Origin: Albugo candida
Lineage: Eukaryota
Length of the DNA: 64,000 bases
Assembly: GCA_040437565.1 (NCBI GenBank)
Contig: JBDOQK010000056.1
Span: 1 to 64,000 of the forward strand
Direction: 5' to 3'
The notes beneath the pieces are model-generated. The model worked only from the letters and a program-made list of their open reading frames with translations. It made no database searches and was not told the origin of the DNA. The stretch's first letter is position 1; the number at the start of each line of letters is the position of its first letter. This document shows, piece after piece, positions 24,457 through 36,009 of the stretch. Position numbers and translations under genes: made by a program.

Positions 24457-24870
24457 CTACGCATGTGACGCTTGGACTCCCGTAACTTTCTCGTTCTTCA
24501 TGGATTCTGCTAATTCTTGTGGATGATACAACTTGAAATATTTTTCAATCTGCGGAACGTAAAATATTTTTCCTTTTTGAAGATTGAACCAGAAGACGTA
24601 CGAAGAATCATTATGAGAAACTCCAATAGGTCGGACGTCATTGAATGATGGAACTAAGATCGGATCTTCTTTTGAATTCCCTTGCGTCTCATCAGTTTCT
24701 ATGGGATCACGATTAAAAGTAATGATACCAGCTTTCTCATCTTCCAGCTCCTCACGCTGTCGACCCACAGCATGATCATAAATGTCCGGAATAGTAGAGG
24801 CAGATCGTGCCATACATCTACGCGCATTGACACTTTGTAAGGAATTTGCCAGACTTCTTACGATGCTCAT
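24457..24870 (-). CDS. COX5B: Cytochrome c oxidase subunit 5b, mitochondrial precursor
   Basis: Arg/Ser-rich presequence; HAVGRQREEL, GNSKEDPILVPSFNDVRPIG, FWFNL, YFKL motifs. Confidence 0.85.
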   Translation of the reverse strand: MSIVRSLANSLQSVNARRCMARSASTIPDIYDHAVGRQREELEDEKAGIITFNRDPIETDETQGNSKEDPILVPSFNDVRPIGVSHNDSSYVFWFNLQKGKIFYVPQIEKYFKLYHPQELAESMKNEKVTGVQASHA

Positions 24871-25013
24871 AATTTTCTATTTGCTGTTAAAAGAAGGGGA
24901 GAGCAAACACTGACGAAAAGACCGGTTATGACGGTTGGACCACCAGAAACAAAACCGACAGAACCAAAAGATCGACAAAATGTATTATATTTTAGTGTTA
25001 CCGACCTTATGAT

Positions 25014-28000
25014 TTATGATATGCAGACCTGCATGCCGAGATTTTGATAGTAGATGAACTGGTCTGGAACGATGCTTTCCTCCGTCGTATACATCCTGAA
25101 ACGTGGATATTGTATGTAGCCATTTTTCATCGCTACCAATCGTCTGGACACCACACACGCCTGATTGAGTGCTGATAGCGTAATGCGTTCACATTCTTTT
25201 CCTAACAGCATCCAGTTTTTTTTGCTCGTAGGACACAAAGAAAGGATCAATGGAAGCGGTAGCGAGAGAATATTGTCAATCCTAGTCAGTGTGATCCCGA
25301 TTGTAAAGTGAATATTCTGGTGTTTTTCGTAAATAGACTTTTCCAGATGTGTATGTAAAGTATCGGATTGCGGGGAGATTTGTAGTAGAAATAAATATGG
25401 AATCATGTAAATTCCAGCCGAAAGAGGAATCGATGTGCGTATTGGCCAACAATCTGATCCTTCCGACATTATGTCGTATGATAGACGGAGACTGAGTTCA
25501 TCTCCTCGCAAATGAGTCTGGGCAAGCTGGGGTCTCTTCAAAATAAATGAAATATGGAGGCGCTCAAATGGTCGAAGAAATGTATCACGAATGAATGTGT
25601 TGGGATCATGCAGAATGAGATTTTGTTCGCCTTGTCGGTCAGCACAAACTTGCAGCGCAAATTCGAGCCGATAATCTCTCAGTGTGAGTCCTTGCTTCTT
25701 ATTGCATGTCAGCGCAATAGCAAGAACGGTGCTTTCCTCGAAATGGCTTACTTGGATGTTTTCGTCGAGAGACTTGTAAACCGGAATTGCAATACATTGA
25801 TTTAATTTTTCAATACGGGGTGGTTCCGACCCGAAATCTTGCAAGTCACAGAAGGCAGTGAAATTGATTGAGTCGACATCTATTGCGCTAGGAGCTTCCA
25901 CTAAAAGCTTTAGACACTCACACGTGCTTGGTTTCAAATCGTCAAGCTTGATGCCATAAGAAATGAAGTCACTCCAATCATGATCGGTGTCGGGCTCATC
26001 TAAGTCTAAATAAGCATGCGCTGCGTCAAGATAGTCGAATTTCATAAATCTCACTCTTGCGCCTTTNNNNNNNNNNNNNNNNNNNNNNNNNNNNNNNNNN
26101 NNNNNNNNNNNNNNNNNNNNNNNNNNNNNNNNNNNNNNNNNNNNNNNNNNNNNNNNNNNNNNNNNNCTGCATGCCGAGATTTTGATAGTAGATGAACTGG
26201 TCTGGAACGATGCTTTCCTCCGTCGTATACATCCTGAAACGTGGATATTGTATGTAGCCATTTTTCATCGCTACCAATCGTCTGGACACCACACACGCCT
26301 GATTGAGTGCTGATAGCGTAATGCGTTCACATTCTTTTCCTAACAGCATCCAGTTTTTTTTGCTCGTAGGACACAAAGAAAGGATCAATGGAAGCGGTAG
26401 CGAGAGAATATTGTCAATCCTAGTCAGTGTGATCCCGATTGTAAAGTGAATATTCTGGTGTTTTTCGTAAATAGACTTTTCCAGATGTGTATGTAAAGTA
26501 TCGGATTGCGGGGAGATTTGTAGTAGAAATAAATATGGAATCATGTAAATTCCAGCCGAAAGAGGAATCGATGTGCGTATTGGCCAACAATCTGATCCTT
26601 CCGACATTATGTCGTATGATAGACGGAGACTGAGTTCATCTCCTCGCAAATGAGTCTGGGCAAGCTGGGGTCTCTTCAAAATAAATGAAATATGGAGGCG
26701 CTCAAATGGTCGAAGAAATGTATCACGAATGAATGTGTTGGGATCATGCAGAATGAGATTTTGTTCGCCTTGTCGGTCAGCACAAACTTGCAGCGCAAAT
26801 TCGAGCCGATAATCTCTCAGTGTGAGTCCTTGCTTCTTATTGCATGTCAGCGCAATAGCAAGAACGGTGCTTTCCTCGAAATGGCTTACTTGGATGTTTT
26901 CGTCGAGAGACTTGTAAACCGGAATTGCAATACATTGATTTAATTTTTCAATACGGGGTGGTTCCGACCCGAAATCTTGCAAGTCACAGAAGGCAGTGAA
27001 ATTGATTGAGTCGACATCTATTGCGCTAGGAGCTTCCACTAAAAGCTTTAGACACTCACACGTGCTTGGTTTCAAATCGTCAAGCTTGATGCCATAAGAA
27101 ATGAAGTCACTCCAATCATGATCGGTGTCGGGCTCATCTAAGTCTAAATAAGCATGCGCTGCGTCAAGATAGTCGAATTTCATAAATCTCACTCTTGCGC
27201 CTTTTGCTGAGCCACAACTTGAGGCTTCGATATGGAAATTGGCTTGTTGATATCCTTGAAAGTTGCGATAGTAAATAAGCATTAGAGTTCGTGATCCAGG
27301 TGATATGGATGGCGGACCGTGGATTTCCAATCTGATATTAGGCGTATAAGATGGAACAACGAATTCACACACATCTATTTCTTCTGATGCTTCCAATAAG
27401 AATACGGTGTTCCTTGCTACATCACATTTTATAAAATTGAAGCGATAAGATCCAGCGGGAACGGCTTGCTGCAACGCCACGATGGTGCATGACTTTGACG
27501 GGAGTTTGACTTGATATTCACTGAAAGTGATAGCACGTGGATCAACTAAATCTGATTGATGTGAAAATTTCGCAAAATAAATTCGTAAATGCTCCAACTG
27601 AATTGTTGAAGAGCACATGTTCTTAAATGATATACGTACCGCAACATCGCGATGTGGAGCCATTGCATCGCTGTGCGTAAGGATGCTAATAGATATCCCA
27701 ATCTTGATCATCTTAGTGCGAAAAACTCGATGCGGACCTTCAAGTTTTGCAAGAGCAGAGCCGAGCACTACATTGAAAAGTGATTCTGATACCTCCTCGT
27801 TTGCTTTGACTGGAATCTCGGATAAATTTGTGAAAATTGTGATAGCTTCAGCAAGTCGTCCAAGTCTGAGCTCGCAAAGACAAATCTTAAGGCGACAGTG
27901 GTAGACCAGTGATAGCCACTTGTCTTCCAAACATTGACGCTCCTGTGAACGTAACAACCGAGATGCACTTTCGTATTCTTCATGTTGTAGATGGAATGAG

Positions 28001-29791
28001 GCACACTGATCACCTAGAAAGATAGCAAAACGATGGCGACCAGCTCGCGAAAAGTGCAAGGAAGCAAGATGTGATAGCTCCCATAAACAATATTCCAGTT
28101 CCTCGTGTTGATTATCAGCTAGCATTTGAGAAAGGCAAGAATACCATTCTTGACTACCGCTTTTGTATTCATAGGGTGCATGTATATTCTCGTTGCTGAA
28201 TCCGATTTTAGCACCAGCAACTTTTTTTGTTCCACGAAGTAAGATCCGACGGGCGAGATAGAACAACTCCCCAAGGTACTGAGCCATCTCTTCCGGCTTG
28301 GACTTCTGGTTGTCGCATTCTGAGATTGCAACCGAGGAAATAGTGCTCCCATTTCCATTCCAGGCAATGTCACAGGTATAAGCAATCTCGAAACAAGCTC
28401 CAACAGCCCAGTGATACGGTTGGTATGAATGAAGTATCTTGAAGTCCAGTTGTTCCTGAACAAGCTTTTCATGAAACGACTCGATAAAGACAAGTGCTCG
28501 TTCGATCAGCTCCGTGTAGTCAGCCCTCAAATAGAGTATTCGGATTTGACGACAGAAAAAGTAGAGTTCAATCTGAGATGAAGAGGCTTGACCATCCGTG
28601 ATGTACTTTTGTAGCTGTTCGAGGTTGAGACACAACTATGTGTAACATGCAAAAAAATTTCAGTCAGTGGTAGGAAATCATACAGCGTGGTGTGTCTTTA
28701 CTGGAGAGAAACGGAATATGGGATCATCTGCGCTGTAGTGAGCAGCATTGTCGTATGTCAGAGCTGTTCCAATGGCTTCCAGCTCGTCGTACTAAACGTA
28801 CAAATTGCATAAAACGGGTTAGACACGCAACTTATCGCCCCAAACGGTGCACAATACATGGCGAAGGGCATCGTCTAGCAGATATGTCTGCTGATACATG
28901 AATGCGACACGCTCTTTGGCTAGAAGTAAAGCGCCGAATTCCCAATCTGTCTGAGCTCGCTACAAACGAATTGCAAGACATATTATGTCCAGTAGTGTAT
29001 CCATCAAAAGCTAGAAAATCTCATACTTTGGCATCCAACAAACGTAATTCCTCTTCAAAATACCAACATTTCGATTCAAACGCTTCCATAATACATTCTC
29101 TGAGTTGATGAATGAAATTAGACCATTGTGATTGTCCTTGTTGCTGATTTAAGGACCCAACAAAGCTGGAACCTTCCATTATGTCTAATTTCCAGACTCT
29201 TTCGTGCACACAATAATCTACGTTTGAACCTGCTGTTCCTGATGAGGCACGGAGACCGATTCCACCACCATGATCGCTGCCCATGCTTCCTATATTACTC
29301 ATTATCATACCACTTGCATTATCACCTGATTTTTTACTTCCGAAATCGACACGTAAGCGGTCAAATATCTTTTTGTACACATTATTGCCTGACATGATCG
29401 AAATCTTCTGACCGCTTCCTCCGCATTTAGAGTGACATCCGAGTGGCACATATAGGATCATGTAATCTATACGGTGCTTATTCATACTCTCCACCCAATT
29501 CTTCAGTTGCGGTTTAATGTGATTTTTATACGCCTTCATATCCTCACACTTGACGACATAAAAGCACAGTAATGGTGTCAAAGGAAAACATTGCATACTC
29601 AGCTGCTCCATATCAGCTGGAAGTAGAGTGAAATGTATGTGAAGCCGAGGAATCATCTTTTTCACGCCAACTATATTCTTCCACTCAATCATTCGTAGAG
29701 GCAGCCGCATCATTAAAAAGGGAGCAATTATATCCCAAAGTCCACCTTCATCAGTGTATCCAATCTTCAAATCTAAATGCAGTGAGCTCAA
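25014..29791 (-). CDS. TRAPPC10: TRAPP II complex subunit TRAPPC10/Trs130-like, multi-exon; 5' start unresolved; 25029-26066 is an assembly duplicate
   Basis: RLPLRMIEW, YKNHIKPQLKNW, KKIFDRLRVDF, EEELRLLDAK | RAQTDWEFGALLLAKERVAFMYQ..LDDALRH | YDELEA, YFFCRQIRIL. Three GT-AG introns between ~28636 and ~29026 join the ORFs in frame. Confidence 0.85.
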
Positions 29792-31521
29792 TAAAATTGA
29801 TCAATCGATATATGAAGTCATATGACCTGGTGTCAGCAGGTCTTGCGTGAATGAAGGCGTTATAGATGCATAAAGTGATGTCATGGCGAGCATATGAGCT
29901 GTACATAACGAGCGTACTTTAACTGATTTTTACGTTACATCAAAAGGACCACCGACATGTGGTAATTTCAAACCCAGCAAATTTATGGTAAACTCTAGAA
30001 CCTCTTTCTGAAATGTAATGCGCACAAAATGAAGGGATAGAGGATCATACGCTGAATGATTTGTTACCTGTTTTGTTTAATCAACATAAGCTATGATTTG
30101 GGAGGCCAGCTAAGAGATCTGCGTACATTATGATTATGAACCTAGCATTTTACCTCACATTTAGTCAAGATCGACCTGTCCAGACGATCATCACCGAGTG
30201 AACCTAAGTCAGTTCTCAGATACGTGAAGTGTACACCTGGGCTCGACTCTATTATGACTACTCTTCTTGTCACTCCAGGCGTATTTTGAATGCATCATTA
30301 AATGATGAATCGACAACTTGACACTCAGTATCGGTTTCCGTGCGCTTGCTTTGTATCGATGAAAAAAGAAAGCCAAGTGGCGCATCCTGGCAATATAAAT
30401 TACAATATAGCCAGATGGTAGCTTCCATGGACTGCGCGATTTTCCACGATAGCTGAACGATTTAAGAGCACGACCAGAAGGATGTCCCATCGATACATGA
30501 CCGTCTGAAAATGTTTGGTGTTGCTTTGACGTGGCCACGTCTCGGTTAAAGCACTATGCTTCAAAAGTATGATACTTTCAAGCCGATGTCTCACTTGTAA
30601 CGAAAATCCATGAGTTGCACAAATCATCAACAAAACATGCACTATAGTGTTTGCTACAGATCATGCTGTAATAAATTCCTGTAAGCAGTGATACCTAATG
30701 TGTATTGAAGCTTTACATCGCTACACTAAGGTGTATACGCATACGTGCTTGACAAATTCACATTTAACTTCCAAAGGCTGACTTAGTCAACGAACGTTTT
30801 GGTAATCATAAATTGAAGCTTTACATCCCTACAGTAAGTTGCATATTCATACGTGCTCTGCTTGCTGTAAATGAAACAAAGGCTTCTGCTGGTATAGTGC
30901 CCTCGTGCGGGTGACCACCGGAAACTTTCATAAGCTGTGATCTCGCTTTCAGGCATATTTGCACTTTATATGACGCCTTCGCACCCACTCCAACAGAATC
31001 CTTAACCCAAATATTTAGCTATAATTAATGAATATAAAGAACTTGAAGCTGTATCTGTGATGGAGATGATAAAAGCAAAGAAATCAGTTGTTTGACTAGG
31101 GAATCATTTCATTCCTCAACGATTTTCTTAACGGAAATATTACCCTTCTTGCCATCTACAGCAATTCTCTTACTGACGTGTGACGCTCTCAACTCAGCAG
31201 CAAAGATAAGGATAACCAACTTAGTCGTAATTGTCTATGCCATGACGGAGAGAAACGTGAGGGAGATAAGATGCATGATAATAACGTAGGTTTTTGAAGA
31301 AACACGCATCGACGAGCTGAATTTTCCTGAACCTTATCACCCGTTATATCACACCGCTTATGATGCCCTTGGTTAGATCAGCTCGTTGAATTTACGCTCG
31401 CATCCAGCCACGTAACTAAAGAGACCAACTTTATTCAGCAAACGATGTTAGACTGTATCTCAATCAAATGGTCGAGGGAAACGGTATATTATTACTGATT
31501 ATGATCTCATTGACACTTACT

Positions 31522-31915
31522 TCAGCAAGCTGAAGCTGCTTCCAGTAAATCGGTCGCTTCTTGTAGGATCTCTCGCATACTTTCATTATCTTCATCTGCG
31601 TCAGATTTGCAAGATTGATAAACTTTTTGCAATGCGGCGAACGCCTCTTTTAGGCGTGCTTGGCAGTCCGGCAACATCGTTTGTGTTTCGAGTAACACCT
31701 CCTCCTGCTTTCGAATGTCCGCTTCGTCTTTTTGCTCAGCACGCATTTTACTTATGCGTGAAGATTGCACATCATATTCCTTGGCATAGTACTCAAGATC
31801 TTTTTTAATTCTGATTCAAATAAAAGAAATGGTTAGACTTTGACCACAGACCATTTGCCAACTCGATATACCGGCGTAGAATGTTTACTTTGAGCTTCAA
31901 TTCCTTATCCGCCAT
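31522..31915 (-). CDS. TBCA: Tubulin-folding cofactor A (exons 31872-31915, 31522-31810)
   Basis: A 61-nt GT-AG intron (31811-31871) gives MADKELKLKVNILRRIKKDLEYYAKE..DEADIRKQEEVLLETQTMLPDCQARL. Confidence 0.9.
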
Positions 31916-32725
31916 TGTCGCTATAAATGACTATTCTGACCAATCAACAAGCGCCTGGCAAATGTTCAAACAATGCAACATAACTTGTGACCGAGCAGGC
32001 ATGTGTTTGTCGTGCAGCAATTCATGAAAACCACCTTATATATCTCATTTCTTGACTTAATTCTTCCTTCTATCTTGACCAAACGTTCATGAAACCATCA
32101 TTCAGATTCACACAATAGTTTTAGAAGGACAAATTTACACTCCACGTTAATATATCGCGGACTTCAGATCATGGTAATCGTGCTGTAGTTTGATTTCAGA
32201 CAGCATGTAGCGTAGGAGTACTCGTCTTTATAAGCACACTTTCATATCTTGACAGTATGAATGATTAAATGACGTGAATTGTACTTTTCTGCTTTCGTAT
32301 AGCGGGATGAGCTAAATTATTGAGCAATTATGCTGCTGTCGGAGAAGTGGAAAATGACTGCTCATGAATGAAGTGTTCAGTGGATGAAAGTCACCTAAGG
32401 AAGCGATGTTTTAGATATGATAAAGATTACTGTGTCTGTCGTTGTTTCTTTCTGTTCATCGGCTGTGGTAACAAAATCTTGAGCCCATATTCGCATTAAG
32501 TATAACGATGAAGGGGATAAATCCTGCCCAAGTATCGAATCCGAGCAAGCATGCAAAGATGGATGTACAGTATGAATTATAGTTTTGCTTTCAATCTCTT
32601 TAGTTATAGATCTTCATTCGCTTCGGATAATTGCATCAGTTTTTATGCTTTTTTTGGCGCTCTGAGAGCTTACTTGGTCAGAGTACAGTACCATAAACGG
32701 CGTACAAACTGAAGGAACCTCTAAT

Positions 32726-35506
32726 ATGACAGATAATGACGACAAGGTTGAGCGAATTGTGCACGCTTGTGGTGTGTACTTGTATCTGATTGACAAAGAA
32801 ACAAACAACTATAAACAACAAACCGATTCTGTTGTGGGATGCGTTCTTTTGAGTAACGATACTTCTACTTTCTATCGTTTGCTCTTTTATGACACTCAAA
32901 AGAAAAGTATTCTGACAATCACTTTGCCTTCTGGGGGCTCGTGGCTTCAGATTCATCCGCAGGCGGATAATTGCGTGCGTATCGATGACAATTTATCGAA
33001 AGAACCTGGATGTACACTACGTTTTCGAAGCACAAGCGAGCTACAAGCTTTCTTAACTGCCATGGTATGTGCACAAGCACAGCTCACTTTGATTTGTCTT
33101 CGTGATAAAGGAAATAAAAAAGAAGTGAATCCTTTTGTGCAAATTCTCACTCCGCAATTTGGTAAAAAGGAAAAATTTCTGGAGAGAAAAGATTTGGCAG
33201 GAATTCACATTTCTACGTGGAAAAATGACATGAGCATGCTCCCATTCTCGGGGAACGATCCAGTCAAACTTCTTCTCGACCGCGATCGGAGTCAAGCTAT
33301 TCAACAAGATAAACGCAAAATACACTTGGGTGACATGAAAAATGATTTGGTGACCGCTACAATTGCTGATGGGATTTTGGGGATGCAACGCCATGAGAGT
33401 CGCTATGTGTTCATAGCTATGCCTGCAAATAAGCAATGGATGATTGCTCATATAGAACTTTTGAAAATCAAAAAGGGTCATGGGAACCTTGATGATGCGG
33501 GGGATATTGCCAGAAATTCAGAGCAATCAACGAGAAATTCTAGCGAAGAATTGATCAATAGAATGGCGTCCCTTTCAAGAGCTGGATCACACGGACTCGG
33601 CCAATATGTCACTGTAGCTACTGGCAGATCAGTTGGGAATGACAAAGACACGACAGAATTGCGTGAATCAATTGATAGCTCGGATAGTTTTCAGTCGAGG
33701 CGTCACTCTACTATTGTGGATGCCTTAGCAGCTCCCGGTCAAGCAATTCCTTTGGTTGGATTGCATCAGGCAAACGAAATTGGATTCGAAAAAGATACAA
33801 TGCAGAAATCCTCACCTGTTATGAAAAATGCTGCATTTGATGTTGAAGAAACTTACACTATGGATGCTGGTATCCGCCTTAAGATCTCTGACGAGGGGAG
33901 CTCTGTTACTACTACGAAAGACTTCTCACTTGCCGATTTGCTGAAGGAACAAGAAAAGTTGAATTCCATGCGACAAGAATTGGACAAGCAGAGGCAAACG
34001 ATCGCAGAATCTTATAGGGGCAACTCAGAGAACCAGAATGAGAGAACTAGTTCAAAGTTACAAATGAAGATAGCCGAGAATAGCGGTTCATCAAGTTTGG
34101 TTGTCGCATCTCCAGCATCAGACGCGTACCCTATCGATGGAAAAAACACCAAGTTCAAGTCGACGGCCCCACCCACAGCAGCACCTTTATTTGCAAGAGA
34201 GGTGAACAGCGGGCTCACAAATGGAGTCCAGAATGTACCTTGTCCGAGCTTGCCGTGGCAGCATTCCTCTCCTTCGATGATACCTTCTTCGATGAGTATC
34301 TCCACGTTCCCACCATACCAAAATACAAAATTTTCTATCAACAATCACGAAATGTCTAATCTGAATGTGGAAAGCAATTTCCTCAAGCTGCAACGCACTT
34401 CTACTGCCATTGAGAACTCCGTTCATGATCTGCACTCCAAATTAGATCGACTCAACAATGCAACTTTGCTGCGATCAACAGCAACTTCAGTTCCGTTCAA
34501 TGGCAATTTTGGATCGTCAGCCAATTTGATGGCATCAGGCCTTGAATTCTCTTCTCACAATGGATCATCATCCGCGCTGCTGTTGAAGCATATTGAACGT
34601 GCGTTGACCCAGAAAGATGAACTACATCAGAGTGTGATGAATCTAACCAAAGCTAATGAGTCTTCACGGTTCACCATTGAAGATCTGTCCAATAAAATAG
34701 ATGCATTACATCGCGAAAATCATCGATTGATTGAAAGAAACTCTGAAACCAATTTGTCTTATCAGGAAGAGCACCGTCTTGAACTACGCGAAACTAAGTT
34801 ACAGCTACAACATGATCAGGATGAGTTAAAGAAGGCGCGGCTTGAGAATCAGCAGCTGCGTCAAACCATACTTCATCGCGATAATGAGTTACAAACATTG
34901 CGACAAGATATGGACTTGTCCGTGCAGCAACAAGTTGATTCCTTGCGAAGGTCTTTACAAGAGCAAGTGGATTCTAGCTCTGAAGGCACCACGAGACAAC
35001 TAACATCCGAGAGGAAAAAGCTGGAAGAAGCTCTACACGAAACAAGAGAACAACTTGACAAGTATATGAAGCAAAATGAAAGGCTGAAGGTGGATCTTGA
35101 TCAGTTGGAAGGGCAGCATGTTCAACTTGAGGAAAAAATACGAGCCGGACAACGTGACCACAGCAATCAAATAGAAGAAATGGAGACAAAGCAACAAAAA
35201 CTCTGTGACCGTGAGACGAAATACATGGGAGAGATTCAGTCTTTGAAGAAGTCGCTTGTACAAGCCGAGAGTTTATTGAGCGAGAAGGAGCGAATCATTG
35301 TCAACATGAAAGATGAACATACCAAGCGAGATGTTGAGGCGATAAGTGGATGGGTGAAAGAATCTATGAACGGGATCTACTTTTACTTCCAGGACGCTTT
35401 TGACGAAGAGAATGAGTTCAATGGCAAAGAAATTGTCACCGCTATTCGACAAGTTTTGAAGCAGCAGACGCTCGATATTTTGTCCAAGCTTGAAGCTCAT
35501 CTCTAG
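32726..35506 (+). CDS. FKBP15-like protein (N-terminal PH/WH1-like region, degenerate FKBP-like segment, long coiled coil)
   Basis: 926-aa ORF: VGCVLL..YRLLFYD.QK; DGILGMQRHESRYVFI (FKBP-like); coiled coil; C-terminal VKESMNGIYFYFQDAFDEENEFNGKEIVTAIRQVLKQQTL resembles the FKBP15 tail. Confidence 0.7.
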   Translation: MTDNDDKVERIVHACGVYLYLIDKETNNYKQQTDSVVGCVLLSNDTSTFYRLLFYDTQKKSILTITLPSGGSWLQIHPQADNCVRIDDNLSKEPGCTLRFRSTSELQAFLTAMVCAQAQLTLICLRDKGNKKEVNPFVQILTPQFGKKEKFLERKDLAGIHISTWKNDMSMLPFSGNDPVKLLLDRDRSQAIQQDKRKIHLGDMKNDLVTATIADGILGMQRHESRYVFIAMPANKQWMIAHIELLKIKKGHGNLDDAGDIARNSEQSTRNSSEELINRMASLSRAGSHGLGQYVTVATGRSVGNDKDTTELRESIDSSDSFQSRRHSTIVDALAAPGQAIPLVGLHQANEIGFEKDTMQKSSPVMKNAAFDVEETYTMDAGIRLKISDEGSSVTTTKDFSLADLLKEQEKLNSMRQELDKQRQTIAESYRGNSENQNERTSSKLQMKIAENSGSSSLVVASPASDAYPIDGKNTKFKSTAPPTAAPLFAREVNSGLTNGVQNVPCPSLPWQHSSPSMIPSSMSISTFPPYQNTKFSINNHEMSNLNVESNFLKLQRTSTAIENSVHDLHSKLDRLNNATLLRSTATSVPFNGNFGSSANLMASGLEFSSHNGSSSALLLKHIERALTQKDELHQSVMNLTKANESSRFTIEDLSNKIDALHRENHRLIERNSETNLSYQEEHRLELRETKLQLQHDQDELKKARLENQQLRQTILHRDNELQTLRQDMDLSVQQQVDSLRRSLQEQVDSSSEGTTRQLTSERKKLEEALHETREQLDKYMKQNERLKVDLDQLEGQHVQLEEKIRAGQRDHSNQIEEMETKQQKLCDRETKYMGEIQSLKKSLVQAESLLSEKERIIVNMKDEHTKRDVEAISGWVKESMNGIYFYFQDAFDEENEFNGKEIVTAIRQVLKQQTLDILSKLEAHL

Positions 35507-35540
35507 CTTAAAGCTCATCTCTAGCTTAAAGCTCATCTCT
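35487..35540 (+). repeat. 3 x 18-bp tandem repeat overlapping the stop codon
   Basis: agcttgaagctcatctct agcttaaagctcatctct agcttaaagctcatctct. Confidence 0.9.
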
Positions 35541-36009
35541 TGCGGCAACCTGGGCGTGAGTAGGTTGTGGCTTCTTCGATCTTTCAGTGAGCATGCTATA
35601 CGAGTGCATCTGCTGGGCAACCGGGATCAGATAGTAGCGATGAAGACTGATGAGTGCAAATCATTTAAACGCTGAAAGAAGGCAATGTATCCACTCCCTT
35701 CGCTTTCTCACATGTACATATAGTCGTCAAATGTACAGAAGTCGATCCAGTACACATCAAGGACACTTCAGTGACAAGTGAAATTACAATTAGCTGCTGT
35801 TTGAAGCCTAGTAAACTTCAAGTACATGTTGCGACCATATTTAATCCATCTAAGCAACAGACCCAAATTCTACTCTTCGAAAATTTTAAGCTTGGATCAA
35901 GGCGTACAGATGCATTCGCATCATCACTGAATTCTTGATGGAGTAGATGCTGGATCAGACAGCTTTTGCTTGACATTGCACGGAGCATTATTTTGGGTAA
36001 TGGACAATG

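Noticed and set aside
25029-27204. Apparent tandem duplication of the TRAPPC10 3' end (offset 1138)
   Set aside because: Identical copies directly flank a 100-N gap: unmerged contig overlap.
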